Source: a candidate division WOR-1 bacterium RIFOXYB2_FULL_45_9 (lineage in GTDB: Bacteria; Margulisbacteria; WOR-1; O2-12-FULL-45-9; XYB2-FULL-48-7). Taken from it: DNA of 64,000 nucleotides. The position numbers were made by a program, and so were the translations under genes. Below are positions 39,454 to 47,722 of this stretch, one piece after another. The stretch spans positions 991,277-1,055,276 of the forward strand of contig MEUD01000001.1 in assembly GCA_001771575.1 (NCBI GenBank), written 5' to 3'. A model generated the notes under the pieces. It was not told the origin of the DNA. It worked only from the letters and a program-made list of their open reading frames with translations, and made no database searches. Within the stretch, counting starts at the first letter, position 1. Every line of letters starts with the position of its first letter.

Positions 39454-39862
39454 TGGAGCTGAGGGGAGTCGAACCCCTGTCCGGAAAGGCGATCACGTGA
39501 GCCGCTACGAGCGTAGCCCCTATTTTATTCTCGCTTAAGATTTAACCTGGAACGAGGGATTTCTCAAGCCAGCCGCTTAATGTTTCCCCGCTTGGCTAAC
39601 CGGCGAAGCCGGCGAGTATCCGACATAATTACATCTTGACCCGGCTCTATCGGCGAGGCCGGAAGACGGGCGACTTAAACTAGTTAAGCCGCGACAGCGA
39701 CGGGGCTAAGCACTGAAGTATTAGTCCAGGCCCAAACCACGCCACTTAATGCTTCTTTAACGTTCGCATTTGAACGGCGCCACCTTGATTTACGAGGTGA
39801 GATGACATCCTCGGCTCGCAACTCGCGCGACCACAACTCCCCGTCAAAACCCTTACAGCCCC
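39454..39862 (-). ncRNA. ssrA: tmRNA
   Basis: 5' GGGGCTGTAAGGGTTTTGACGG and 3' GGGTTCGACTCCCCTCAGCTCCA tRNA-Ala-like ends with a G-U pair; internal tag ORF ending VAVAA; smpB nearby. Confidence 0.95.
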
Positions 39863-40338
39863 TACTCGAAACTTCGCCCTTTGATGGTTTCCTGAAGCAG
39901 TCCCATGAAAGATTCAACCTGCTCTTTGTTCATTCTGGAAAGTGTTTCGGCAAATTCCTGCCAGCTCTCGGCTTCTTCCATCAGATCTTTGTTCTCTTTG
40001 ATCTTATCAATCTCTTCTTCTATCTCCTGCTGGATCCGGCGGTTGACCTCTTCCATCGCCCCCTGGGCGTTGGTCATGCCGGTCTCGGCGATCGCCCTGT
40101 CAATAATGTCTTCAAACTTAAGCTCTTTTTCTTTCGCTTCGGTCGCCAGGACCGCCAAACGGGTGGCGATCGCCTGGGCGTCAAGCTCCGGACCGCGCCC
40201 GATCCCCTGGGGGATAGGCCCTTTGGGTTGAGAGGCCGGTTTTTGCGCCGACTTATCGGTCGATTCTTTTTCCACCGGCTTTGCTTCTTTAGGAGCGATC
40301 GGAGGGGTGAAAGGTTTCTGTCCCGGTATTTCGATCAT
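39862..40338 (-). CDS. hypothetical helical acidic protein
   Basis: 158-aa ORF in the operon; the G of its TAG stop is the first base of tmRNA. Confidence 0.75.
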   Translation of the reverse strand: MIEIPGQKPFTPPIAPKEAKPVEKESTDKSAQKPASQPKGPIPQGIGRGPELDAQAIATRLAVLATEAKEKELKFEDIIDRAIAETGMTNAQGAMEEVNRRIQQEIEEEIDKIKENKDLMEEAESWQEFAETLSRMNKEQVESFMGLLQETIKGRSFE

Positions 40339-40520
40339 AACAGCTTCATCTCCTTCAAAGCCATTTTAGAGATCAATTTGGCCAGCTCTTCCGACTTGAC
40401 CTGCTCCGCGGGGGTGAGCGCGCGCTCCTTCATCCCCTTGAACTCGTCCTGGACCAGTTTTGCCGCCTCCTTGTAGAGATCGGAAACCGTGTAAGTTTTA
40501 GCCTGGGTCTTATTAATCAC
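40335..40520 (-). CDS. small hypothetical helical protein, 61 aa
   Basis: GTG start with SD GAGG overlapping the smpB end; ATGA overlap with the next gene. Confidence 0.65.
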   Translation of the reverse strand: MINKTQAKTYTVSDLYKEAAKLVQDEFKGMKERALTPAEQVKSEELAKLISKMALKEMKLL

Positions 40521-40971
40521 GATTTTTTCCTCGAAAAGCTTTTTCAATTTCTCTTTCAGTTGTTCTACGTCTAATTGCATCACGTTTTTCGTACTTCTTT
40601 TTGGCCTTGGCCACTCCCAGATCGACCTTGGCCCAGTTACCGTCGAAATAAATCTTGAGCGGGACCAGGGTCAATCCTTTTTCGGCCACTTTCCCCATCA
40701 ATTTCACCAGCTCTTGTTTATTAAGCAATAGCTGGCGCGGCCGGAGCGGATCGCTTTTGCTCGCCTGGCCGTACGGGTTGACATGCATACCATATAACAC
40801 TATTTTGCCGTTTTCAACCCGGCCGAAACTGTCCTGGAGGTTGACCCTCCCCAACCGAAGGGATTTTACCTCATTTCCGGTCAAAACTAAACCGGCTTTA
40901 TATACCTCGAGGATAATATAATCAAAACGGGCCTTCCGATTGTCGGATATTACTTTGTAGTATTTTTCCAC
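40513..40971 (-). CDS. smpB: SsrA-binding protein
   Basis: NRKARFDY, GLVLTGNEVKSLR, KGLTLVPL and YEKR motifs. Confidence 0.97.
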   Translation of the reverse strand: MEKYYKVISDNRKARFDYIILEVYKAGLVLTGNEVKSLRLGRVNLQDSFGRVENGKIVLYGMHVNPYGQASKSDPLRPRQLLLNKQELVKLMGKVAEKGLTLVPLKIYFDGNWAKVDLGVAKAKKKYEKRDAIRRRTTEREIEKAFRGKNRD

Positions 40972-40978
40972 GCCTCAA

Positions 40979-41641
40979 TTATAACAGGTTTTCCAGGCCG
41001 TAGACCAAACCCTTGAGCCCTTTGATCTTGCGGACCGCCATGACTACCCCCGGCATGAACGATTCGCGGGAGAGCGAGTCGTGGCGAATGGTCAGGGTCT
41101 GCCCCAACCCGCCGAAGATCACTTCCTGGTGGGCGACCAGACCGGGGAGCCTGACCGAATGGATCGGGACCTCTTTCCCCATGATATGGCCGGTCTTGAT
41201 CGCGGTGCCGGAGGGCTTGTCCGCTTTCTGTTCATGGTGAAATTCAATGATCTCGGCCTTGGGCATATGCTTGATCGCTTCTTTGGCGAAGAGCATCATC
41301 AGGACGGCGCCGATCGCGAAATTGGGGGCGACCAGGCAGTTGACCTTATGTTTCTCACAAAGGGCCTGGATCTCTTTTTGGTCGTTTTCACTGATGCCGG
41401 TCGTGCCGATCACTCCGTGGGCCCCGCTCTCAAGGATCCGGCGGATATTTTCCATGACCGCCGACGGATGAGTAAAGTCGACCACGACTTCCGCTCCGCT
41501 CTGATTAATTACTTTAGCCAGATCGTCGCCAATATCGGTCTGGGCGACCAATTCCAGGTCGGCTTCGTTCTGAACCGCCCTGACCGCCTCCAGCCCCATT
41601 TTTCCCTTCGCTCCGTTAACGATAACTTTAATTTTTCCCAT
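40979..41641 (-). CDS. dapB: 4-hydroxy-tetrahydrodipicolinate reductase
   Basis: GAKGKMG, VDFT, GTTG, APNFAIG and EFHHEQKADKPSGTA motifs. Confidence 0.96.
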   Translation of the reverse strand: MGKIKVIVNGAKGKMGLEAVRAVQNEADLELVAQTDIGDDLAKVINQSGAEVVVDFTHPSAVMENIRRILESGAHGVIGTTGISENDQKEIQALCEKHKVNCLVAPNFAIGAVLMMLFAKEAIKHMPKAEIIEFHHEQKADKPSGTAIKTGHIMGKEVPIHSVRLPGLVAHQEVIFGGLGQTLTIRHDSLSRESFMPGVVMAVRKIKGLKGLVYGLENLL

Positions 41642-41657
41642 GGCTCACCCCTCTTTT

Positions 41658-41787
41658 CCTCATCCACCACTCGTTTCACTCGTGGTCCCCCTTCTCCACT
41701 TCGTGGAGAAGGCCATTTTTCTAACCCTCTCCATCAAAGATGGAGAGGGGGGACCGTTCCGATACACATCGGAACGGTGGGTGAGGA
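41658..41787. repeat. composite palindromic REP-like element in the dut-dapB gap
   Basis: Outer inverted repeat CCTCATCCACC...GGTGGGTGAGG enclosing CCTTCTCCAC/GTGGAGAAGG, CCCTCTCCATC/GATGGAGAGGG and CCGTTCCGAT/ATCGGAACGG hairpins. Confidence 0.75.
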
Positions 41788-41788
41788 T

Positions 41789-42235
41789 TTATAATTTTCC
41801 CGTCGAACCAAAGCCTCCTGCTCCCCGATCGGTCGCCGAAAGCTCCGTGACTTCTTCAAACGCAATCCGCTCATATTTATTGATGATCATCTGGGCGATC
41901 CGGTCCCCCCGCTTGATCACCAGCTCTTGTTTGCTATGGTTCATCAGGATCACTCCTACCTCCCCCCGGTAGTCGGCATCAACAGTTCCGGGGGTGTTGA
42001 GGACGGAAACTCCCTGCTTGAGCGCCAGACCCGACCGGGGTCGCACCTGCGCTTCGTACCCTTCCGGCAGGGCAATGGCCAAACCAGTTGGGACCAGGGT
42101 CCAGGCGCCAGGCGCGATAATCAGTTCCTTCTCCACCGCCGCACAGAGATCCATCCCCGCGGAGTGTTCGCTCATGTATTTCGGCAGAGGCAAACCGGCT
42201 CCATGCGGTAATACCTTGACCTGAACTTTTAACAT
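41789..42235 (-). CDS. dut: dUTP diphosphatase
   Basis: [27 protein letters not shown] and [10 protein letters not shown] motifs. Confidence 0.97.
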   Translation of the reverse strand: MLKVQVKVLPHGAGLPLPKYMSEHSAGMDLCAAVEKELIIAPGAWTLVPTGLAIALPEGYEAQVRPRSGLALKQGVSVLNTPGTVDADYRGEVGVILMNHSKQELVIKRGDRIAQMIINKYERIAFEEVTELSATDRGAGGFGSTGKL

Positions 42236-43488
42236 TTCAACTCCTTGACCGGCAGTTCGTCCAGGTCGCCGATGACGACCAGGGTCAGGTCCTCGTCCCT
42301 AAAATATTGGTTCGCCAAACGGACAATGTCGTCCCTGTCGACTTTGTTGATCGCCTCAAAGATCTCGTCCACCGTCTGGATCCGGTCATGATAGAGCTCG
42401 GAGCGGGCCATAAAACCCATGCGGGAAGAAGACGATTCAAGGCCCAGAACCATCGACCCCTTGATATACTCTTTTGCCCGGGTCAGCTCTTCCCTGGTGA
42501 TCCCCTCTTTTTTCAGATTGGTGAATTGTTCAATGATGAGCTCGATCACATACCCCAGTGTCTCTTTGCCGGTCCCGGCGTAGACGTACGAAAGGCCAAA
42601 ATCACGGAAGGGAGACGAGGCAGTATAGATGGCATAAGCCAAACCCCGCTTCTCCCTGACCTCCTGAAAAAGCCTTGAGCTCATTGTCCCGCCCAAGACA
42701 TTGTCCATCAGTGAATAGGCATACCTATCTTTGTCTCGATGGGAAGGACCTTTGACGCCGAGACAAAGATGGGCCTGTTCGGTCTTCTTCTTTTTAAGAA
42801 AAACGGCCCCTTTGATCTCCGCTTTTGATTCCTGATGCTTGAACTCTCCGCCGGGAAGCCCGTTAAAGAACGGTTTGATGAGCTCCAGCGCGTTATCGGG
42901 GACCGCGCCGGCCAGCGAAACAATAATATTGTTGGGGGCGTAGAGCCGTTTTTGGTAATTTAATATGTCTTCGCGGGAGATCGCCCCGACCGTTTCGTTA
43001 AAACCGATCGTAGGCTTCCCTAAAGGATGTCCATGCAGGATCTTTTCCGCGAACAGGTCATGGATCAGCTCGTCCGGGGTGTCTTCATACATCTTGATCT
43101 CTTCAAGGACAACCCCTTTTTCGGTCTCCATCTCCTTTGGATCAAAAATTGAGTTCAGGAACATGTCTCCCAGCACATCGGCCGCTACTTCAAGGTGTTT
43201 GTCCAGGACAACTGCGTAATACATGGTCACTTCTTTACTGGTATAGGCGTTCATCTTGCCGCCGACCGAATCAAGGGCGTGGGCGATCTGAAAAGCGCTC
43301 CGTTTCGGCGTCCCCTTGAACATCATATGTTCAATAAAGTGAGAGATCCCAGCTTCCCGGTCACTCTCATTCCCAGAACCGGCCCCAACCAAAATCCCCA
43401 TGGCAACTGAACGCATTGAAGGGATCTCTTCGGTTAAAATCCTGACCCCATTAGGCAAAACTGTTTTCTTAGCATTCGGAATAGTCAT
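42229..43488 (-). CDS. M16 family (pitrilysin-like) zinc peptidase
   Basis: HFIEH inverzincin motif, [21 protein letters not shown]. Confidence 0.95.
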   Translation of the reverse strand: MTIPNAKKTVLPNGVRILTEEIPSMRSVAMGILVGAGSGNESDREAGISHFIEHMMFKGTPKRSAFQIAHALDSVGGKMNAYTSKEVTMYYAVVLDKHLEVAADVLGDMFLNSIFDPKEMETEKGVVLEEIKMYEDTPDELIHDLFAEKILHGHPLGKPTIGFNETVGAISREDILNYQKRLYAPNNIIVSLAGAVPDNALELIKPFFNGLPGGEFKHQESKAEIKGAVFLKKKKTEQAHLCLGVKGPSHRDKDRYAYSLMDNVLGGTMSSRLFQEVREKRGLAYAIYTASSPFRDFGLSYVYAGTGKETLGYVIELIIEQFTNLKKEGITREELTRAKEYIKGSMVLGLESSSSRMGFMARSELYHDRIQTVDEIFEAINKVDRDDIVRLANQYFRDEDLTLVVIGDLDELPVKELKC

Positions 43489-44105
43489 ATTTTGTCCTTA
43501 TACAGCCCATTTTTGATAATATACCCGGCAACCACTTTAGGGACCAGGCGGCCGATCGCCTTATGCTCTTTGATCCGCTGGCGAATATCAGACGCGGAAA
43601 TCGCCTCCTTAAGCTCGATCAGGTTCAATTTGTCCGCCTCCTTTTGCAGGGGAGGGAATTTTATTAGCCGGCGGAAAGACCTGATCTTTGACCCCGGCCG
43701 GGTCCCAATAATAAACTCGCACATTTTAAACAGCTCAAGTGGCTTGCGCCAGGAAAGGACCTCGTTGATCGAATCAAGGCCCATAATATAATAAAGCTTA
43801 GCATTCCGATACTTCTTTTTCAAAGCGACAAAAGTGTCAATGGCGTAAGAATAACCGGGACGGTCAAGCTCGATCCTGGAGAGATAATAATTCTTCCTGC
43901 CGCGGATCGCCATTTTTACCAGGCGGTACCTGCTCTCTTTGTCCAAAACCTCCCCCGGCTTTTTGTGGGGAGGGGTCCCAGACGGGATAAAAACGATCCG
44001 CTCGAGCCGGAACACCTTTTTGGCGGCCGCCGCCAGGGCAAGATGCCCGCGATGGATCGGATTAAAGGTCCCACCCATAATGCCGATCCTCTTTATTTTA
44101 TCCAT
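43485..44105 (-). CDS. nadD: nicotinate-nucleotide adenylyltransferase
   Basis: GGTFNPIHRGH, PPHK, IMGLDS and ISASDIR motifs. Confidence 0.95.
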   Translation of the reverse strand: MDKIKRIGIMGGTFNPIHRGHLALAAAAKKVFRLERIVFIPSGTPPHKKPGEVLDKESRYRLVKMAIRGRKNYYLSRIELDRPGYSYAIDTFVALKKKYRNAKLYYIMGLDSINEVLSWRKPLELFKMCEFIIGTRPGSKIRSFRRLIKFPPLQKEADKLNLIELKEAISASDIRQRIKEHKAIGRLVPKVVAGYIIKNGLYKDKI

Positions 44106-44150
44106 CAAACCCTATTTTATCCATCAAACCCTATTTTATCCATCAAACCC
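44094..44150. repeat. perfect 19-bp tandem repeat, 3 copies, spanning the proA stop and nadD start
   Basis: (TATTTTATCCATCAAACCC)3. Confidence 0.95.
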
Positions 44151-45387
44151 TGATCTGGCCGCTGCCTTCAATAATATATTTATATGAAGTCAGCTCCGGC
44201 AGGCCCATGGGACCGCGGGCGTGGAGCTTTTGGGTCGAGATCCCGATCTCGGCCCCAAAACCGAACTCAAAACCGTCGGTAAATCTTGTCGAAGCGTTGG
44301 TGTAGACCGCCGCCGCATCGACCTCGGCTCCGAATTTTTTCATCGCACCTTTATCTTTGGTCACGATAGTTTCGGAATGTTTGGTCCCGTATTTGTTAAT
44401 ATGAGCAATCGCTTCGTCCACCCCAGCAACGACCTTGACCGCCAGGACCAAACCAAGAAATTCGGTCCGCCAATCTTCCTCGGTCGCCGCTTTGATCTCC
44501 GGTATGATCCGCCGGGACTTTGGACAACCACGAAGTTCAACGCCGGCCGCCGCAAGCCGCTCTTTGATCGGCGGGAGAAAGACCTCTGCAATCGCCTCGT
44601 CGACCAGCAGGGTCTCGATCGCGTTGCAAACGGACGGGCGGGAGACCTTGGCGTTATAGACGATCTCGGCCGCCATCTTGAGGTCGGCGCTTTTTTCCAC
44701 GTAAGCGTGGCAGTTCCCCTCACCGGTCTCAATGACCGGGACGGTCGAGGTCGACACCACCGTCTGGATCAGGTTTTTCCCGCCGCGCGGGATCAAAACG
44801 TCGACATATTCCCTGGCGCGCATCAGCTCTTCCGCTGACGAGCGGTCGGTATCTTCGATTAATTGGATCGCTCCTTCAGGAATCCCGGCCTCATAGGCGG
44901 CGGCAGTAATAATTCTGGTCAGTTCAACGTTGGTCTTGATGGCGTCAGAGCCGCCCCGCAGAATGACCGCGTTCCCCGCCTTGACGCAAAGGGCGGCGGA
45001 ATCGACGGTGACATTGGGACGCGCTTCGTAAATAATACCGATCACTCCGAGCGGGACCCGGACCTTTTTTATCCTTAACCCGTTTGGCCGCCTCCACTCG
45101 CCAAGGACCTCGCCAATGGGATCGGGAAGCCCTTTAACCATGGTCAACCCATCGGCCATCGCCTTGACCCGTTTGCCATCCAGCGAGAGGCGGTCAAGCA
45201 AGGCTTTTGACAAGTCTTTTTTTGTCCCAGCTTCGAGGTCGAGTGAATTGGCCTGAAGGATGTAATCGGCGTTGGTCATAAGGGCATCGGCTATTTTTTC
45301 GAGGGCGTAATTCTTGATTTTTTCAGGAGTAACGGCTAATTTGCGCGAGGCATTTTTTGCTTTTTTACCAATAACTTCTAATAACAT
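44143..45387 (-). CDS. proA: gamma-glutamyl phosphate reductase
   Basis: GVIGIIYEARPNVT, LRGGS, CNAIETLL, NASTRFTDG and ISTQKLHARGPMG motifs. Confidence 0.97.
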   Translation of the reverse strand: MLLEVIGKKAKNASRKLAVTPEKIKNYALEKIADALMTNADYILQANSLDLEAGTKKDLSKALLDRLSLDGKRVKAMADGLTMVKGLPDPIGEVLGEWRRPNGLRIKKVRVPLGVIGIIYEARPNVTVDSAALCVKAGNAVILRGGSDAIKTNVELTRIITAAAYEAGIPEGAIQLIEDTDRSSAEELMRAREYVDVLIPRGGKNLIQTVVSTSTVPVIETGEGNCHAYVEKSADLKMAAEIVYNAKVSRPSVCNAIETLLVDEAIAEVFLPPIKERLAAAGVELRGCPKSRRIIPEIKAATEEDWRTEFLGLVLAVKVVAGVDEAIAHINKYGTKHSETIVTKDKGAMKKFGAEVDAAAVYTNASTRFTDGFEFGFGAEIGISTQKLHARGPMGLPELTSYKYIIEGSGQIRV

Positions 45388-45393
45388 GGGGTT

Positions 45394-45402
45394 ATTATAG
45401 CA
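45394..45402 (-). promoter_or_regulatory. extended -10 TGCTATAAT, 6 nt before the proA ATG (leaderless)
   Basis: Minus strand reads TGCTATAAT-AACCCC-ATG with no SD. Confidence 0.65.
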
Positions 45403-45409
45403 TAGGGAC

Positions 45410-45436
45410 AAGCTGTAAGCTTACAGCTTTAAGCTT
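45410..45436. repeat. AGCT-core heptamer array with perfect palindrome AGCTGTAAGCTTACAGCT
   Basis: Directly after the stop codon of 45439..46587. Confidence 0.75.
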
Positions 45437-45438
45437 TT

Positions 45439-46587
45439 TTAATTAACAATCGTCAGCTTAAACTTGCCGAGGAGCCGACCTTCGTCCCGGGCGACGATGG
45501 TCCCGACATAGATGGCGTTCCCAGCCTTGTATCCCTGGTCGGTAGTTCCATCCCAGGTCACTTTATTTATACCAGCGGAACCACCTTCAGTCGCCGCCGG
45601 GAGAATGAAATGTTTGATCCTGGTCCCATCAACCCCGATAACGTAGATCTCGATATTGGCGTCAGCCGAGAGGCCGTATTGAATGGTAACCGTTCCGTGC
45701 CTGGGGATGCTGTAAGGGCTGGGGAAAGTGAGCGGCGTGCCGACTAAGCGGAGCGGCCCCCCCATGACCTCGACCGTAGCGTATTTGGTCATTGAAGCCT
45801 GGATCCCACCGGAAGCGGCAGTCTTGGCCGATACCGCAAAGGTGTGGAGCCCGTCGGTCAATGGCTCGGTGACCGTGTATTTTAAGCTCAAGGCGCGGAT
45901 CAACTCCGTGGCCGAAGCGAGCGTTTTGCTGGTAACAAAGGAAGCTTCCATCTGATAGGTCTTGGGACTTGTCGATTGCGGGTCCAGGATGATCGTGTAG
46001 TCGCTGACGTTGTCGGAAAGGGTATGCGGCTCATTGACCGACAGGTCAACTTTGATCGTCGGATTAGCTGAAACGATGAACGGATCGCCCTTTTCAACCA
46101 GGGCCGGCTGATAGAGGCGGTTGCCGAACCAGATCTTCATCCCCATTTCGGCGTCGCCTGCCGGCGGTGAGATCCCGCCCCCCAAAACCAATGTTAGGTC
46201 AACCTGATCCCACCCCTTGCCGGAGATAGTGACGTCAGTTGGGTTGGCCCCGTAATTATCAGGCCCTCTTTCGGTGGCAACCTTATAAGTTTTTCCCACG
46301 GTCAGAACCGCCGGCCAGATCGACATGGCGTTGACCATGAACTTGGTGCCGTAAATGGTGGTGGTAACGTAATTTCCACTAACAAGCTCTGCCTCGTTCT
46401 CAAAAAAGTAGACGATCCGGCCGTCAGCCAGAATGTCGGCCCCGGCGCCCGACTTGGCATCCGGGCAATTACCGACCACCCAATAACCGGGGGTCATAAA
46501 CTTGAGCTGTGTCGCAGGCGTTGCCACCTGCGCGAACGCGGCTGAAGTCAAAACCAACAAACCGATTATTAAGGCTAGTCTCTTCAT
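45439..46587 (-). CDS. secreted protein with family A-type N-terminal domain and FlgD-Ig/T9SS-like CTD
   Basis: Sec signal; YWVVG...YGANP..V.I.G.G as in 53336; C-terminus FPSPY...WDG.TD.G....N..Y...GKFKLTIVN. Confidence 0.8.
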   Translation of the reverse strand: MKRLALIIGLLVLTSAAFAQVATPATQLKFMTPGYWVVGNCPDAKSGAGADILADGRIVYFFENEAELVSGNYVTTTIYGTKFMVNAMSIWPAVLTVGKTYKVATERGPDNYGANPTDVTISGKGWDQVDLTLVLGGGISPPAGDAEMGMKIWFGNRLYQPALVEKGDPFIVSANPTIKVDLSVNEPHTLSDNVSDYTIILDPQSTSPKTYQMEASFVTSKTLASATELIRALSLKYTVTEPLTDGLHTFAVSAKTAASGGIQASMTKYATVEVMGGPLRLVGTPLTFPSPYSIPRHGTVTIQYGLSADANIEIYVIGVDGTRIKHFILPAATEGGSAGINKVTWDGTTDQGYKAGNAIYVGTIVARDEGRLLGKFKLTIVN

Positions 46588-46592
46588 ATTTA

Positions 46593-47717
46593 TTATTTGC
46601 TCAAAGTCACACTGCTGTCGGCGCCAACCGAGATATATAACGCCGCTCCGGCGTTAAGCGGGCTGTTAAGGTCATAGCCGGGGGTCTGGAAGGTGACATT
46701 CCCCGATCCGTCAAACGTAGCACCGCCTAACTTCTGGCTGGTCGCGTCCCAAACAGAGATCGCGGTGACGCCGCCGATCGCGGTCACCAGTTTTTGCGTG
46801 CTGTCCACGGCAACCGGCGCCCCGCCGTTGACCGAGATGTTCATTGAACCGCCAAACGGCAAGCCGATCCCGTTGATCCCCGCTTTCAGGACGTAGCTAA
46901 CGGTCCCGCCGCCGGTAAGCCCTCCGGCAAGCGTTGTCCAGTCCTTCACCGTGCTCCAGGGCCCAGATCCATACCAGTTGTTCGCTCTGACCTTAAAATG
47001 GTATGTTCCGGAAGAGAAAGGATTGCTGGTCTTCGGATCATTATCCGGCAGACTAAAACTTGTGCTGGAGATATTAACGACCCGATTAACGTCGTTATCC
47101 GCCGGCTCGGTTTCCGGATCTACCCAGTATTTAACATCGTAAGTAGTCGCCTCGATCTTAGGGGTCCCCATGTCATAAGTAAACGCGATCGACAGTTTCA
47201 ATACCACGTCAGAGGTATAACCCACCCTCTGGTTCGATTCCGACCCGCTGGTAATGACCGGCGCGTTCTTGGGAACATCTGCGAGGAAATCGGTTTTAAA
47301 CTTAACGACATTATACTGGTTGGCCGGTTGAGCGCCGGAAGCGGACGCCATCCCCGCCGATTTACCATAGTAGCTTTTTTGGGTCCGCGGCGGCCCGTCC
47401 CAGCTTCTGATATATACTGTGCCGCCATTTTGGTCCATTTTGTCGTACTGGTGAGTAGTGCCAAAAGTCGTGTAGTTAGGCGTGATGCGTCCCGTCGTCG
47501 CGTTAGGCCCGGGGATTGAACCTGCAAAAAACTCCACGTTCGCGCTGTCAACCGAACCGGGGCCGGAGTAACTCGGGTTAAGCGTTCCGCTCCAAGCGTC
47601 CAAACCATTGAATGGGATCTTCATGATGATACCAGCGCCGAAAGCCTGACTGGAGAGCAAGAGCGCAAGGCAGAGCATCATCACCAACCTTTTTTTAATT
47701 TTACTCAATTTCATCAT
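46593..47717 (-). CDS. secreted family B protein (YIRSW domain + FN3-like + C-terminal G.N.I.LPF domain)
   Basis: Sec signal; YHFKVRANNWYGSGPWS FN3 motif. Confidence 0.8.
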   Translation of the reverse strand: MMKLSKIKKRLVMMLCLALLLSSQAFGAGIIMKIPFNGLDAWSGTLNPSYSGPGSVDSANVEFFAGSIPGPNATTGRITPNYTTFGTTHQYDKMDQNGGTVYIRSWDGPPRTQKSYYGKSAGMASASGAQPANQYNVVKFKTDFLADVPKNAPVITSGSESNQRVGYTSDVVLKLSIAFTYDMGTPKIEATTYDVKYWVDPETEPADNDVNRVVNISSTSFSLPDNDPKTSNPFSSGTYHFKVRANNWYGSGPWSTVKDWTTLAGGLTGGGTVSYVLKAGINGIGLPFGGSMNISVNGGAPVAVDSTQKLVTAIGGVTAISVWDATSQKLGGATFDGSGNVTFQTPGYDLNSPLNAGAALYISVGADSSVTLSK

Positions 47718-47722
47718 CCTCC

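Noticed and set aside
39310-39460. Integrated element at the ssrA 3' end
   Set aside because: No integrase and no duplicated tmRNA 3' end seen; only a short hairpin (ATCCGCC-GTT-GGCGGAT)
41640-41972. 110-aa plus-strand ORF
   Set aside because: It is a translation of the palindromic repeat plus antisense dut
44094-44150. 19-bp repeats as a CRISPR array
   Set aside because: Head-to-tail repeats with no spacers and no cas genes
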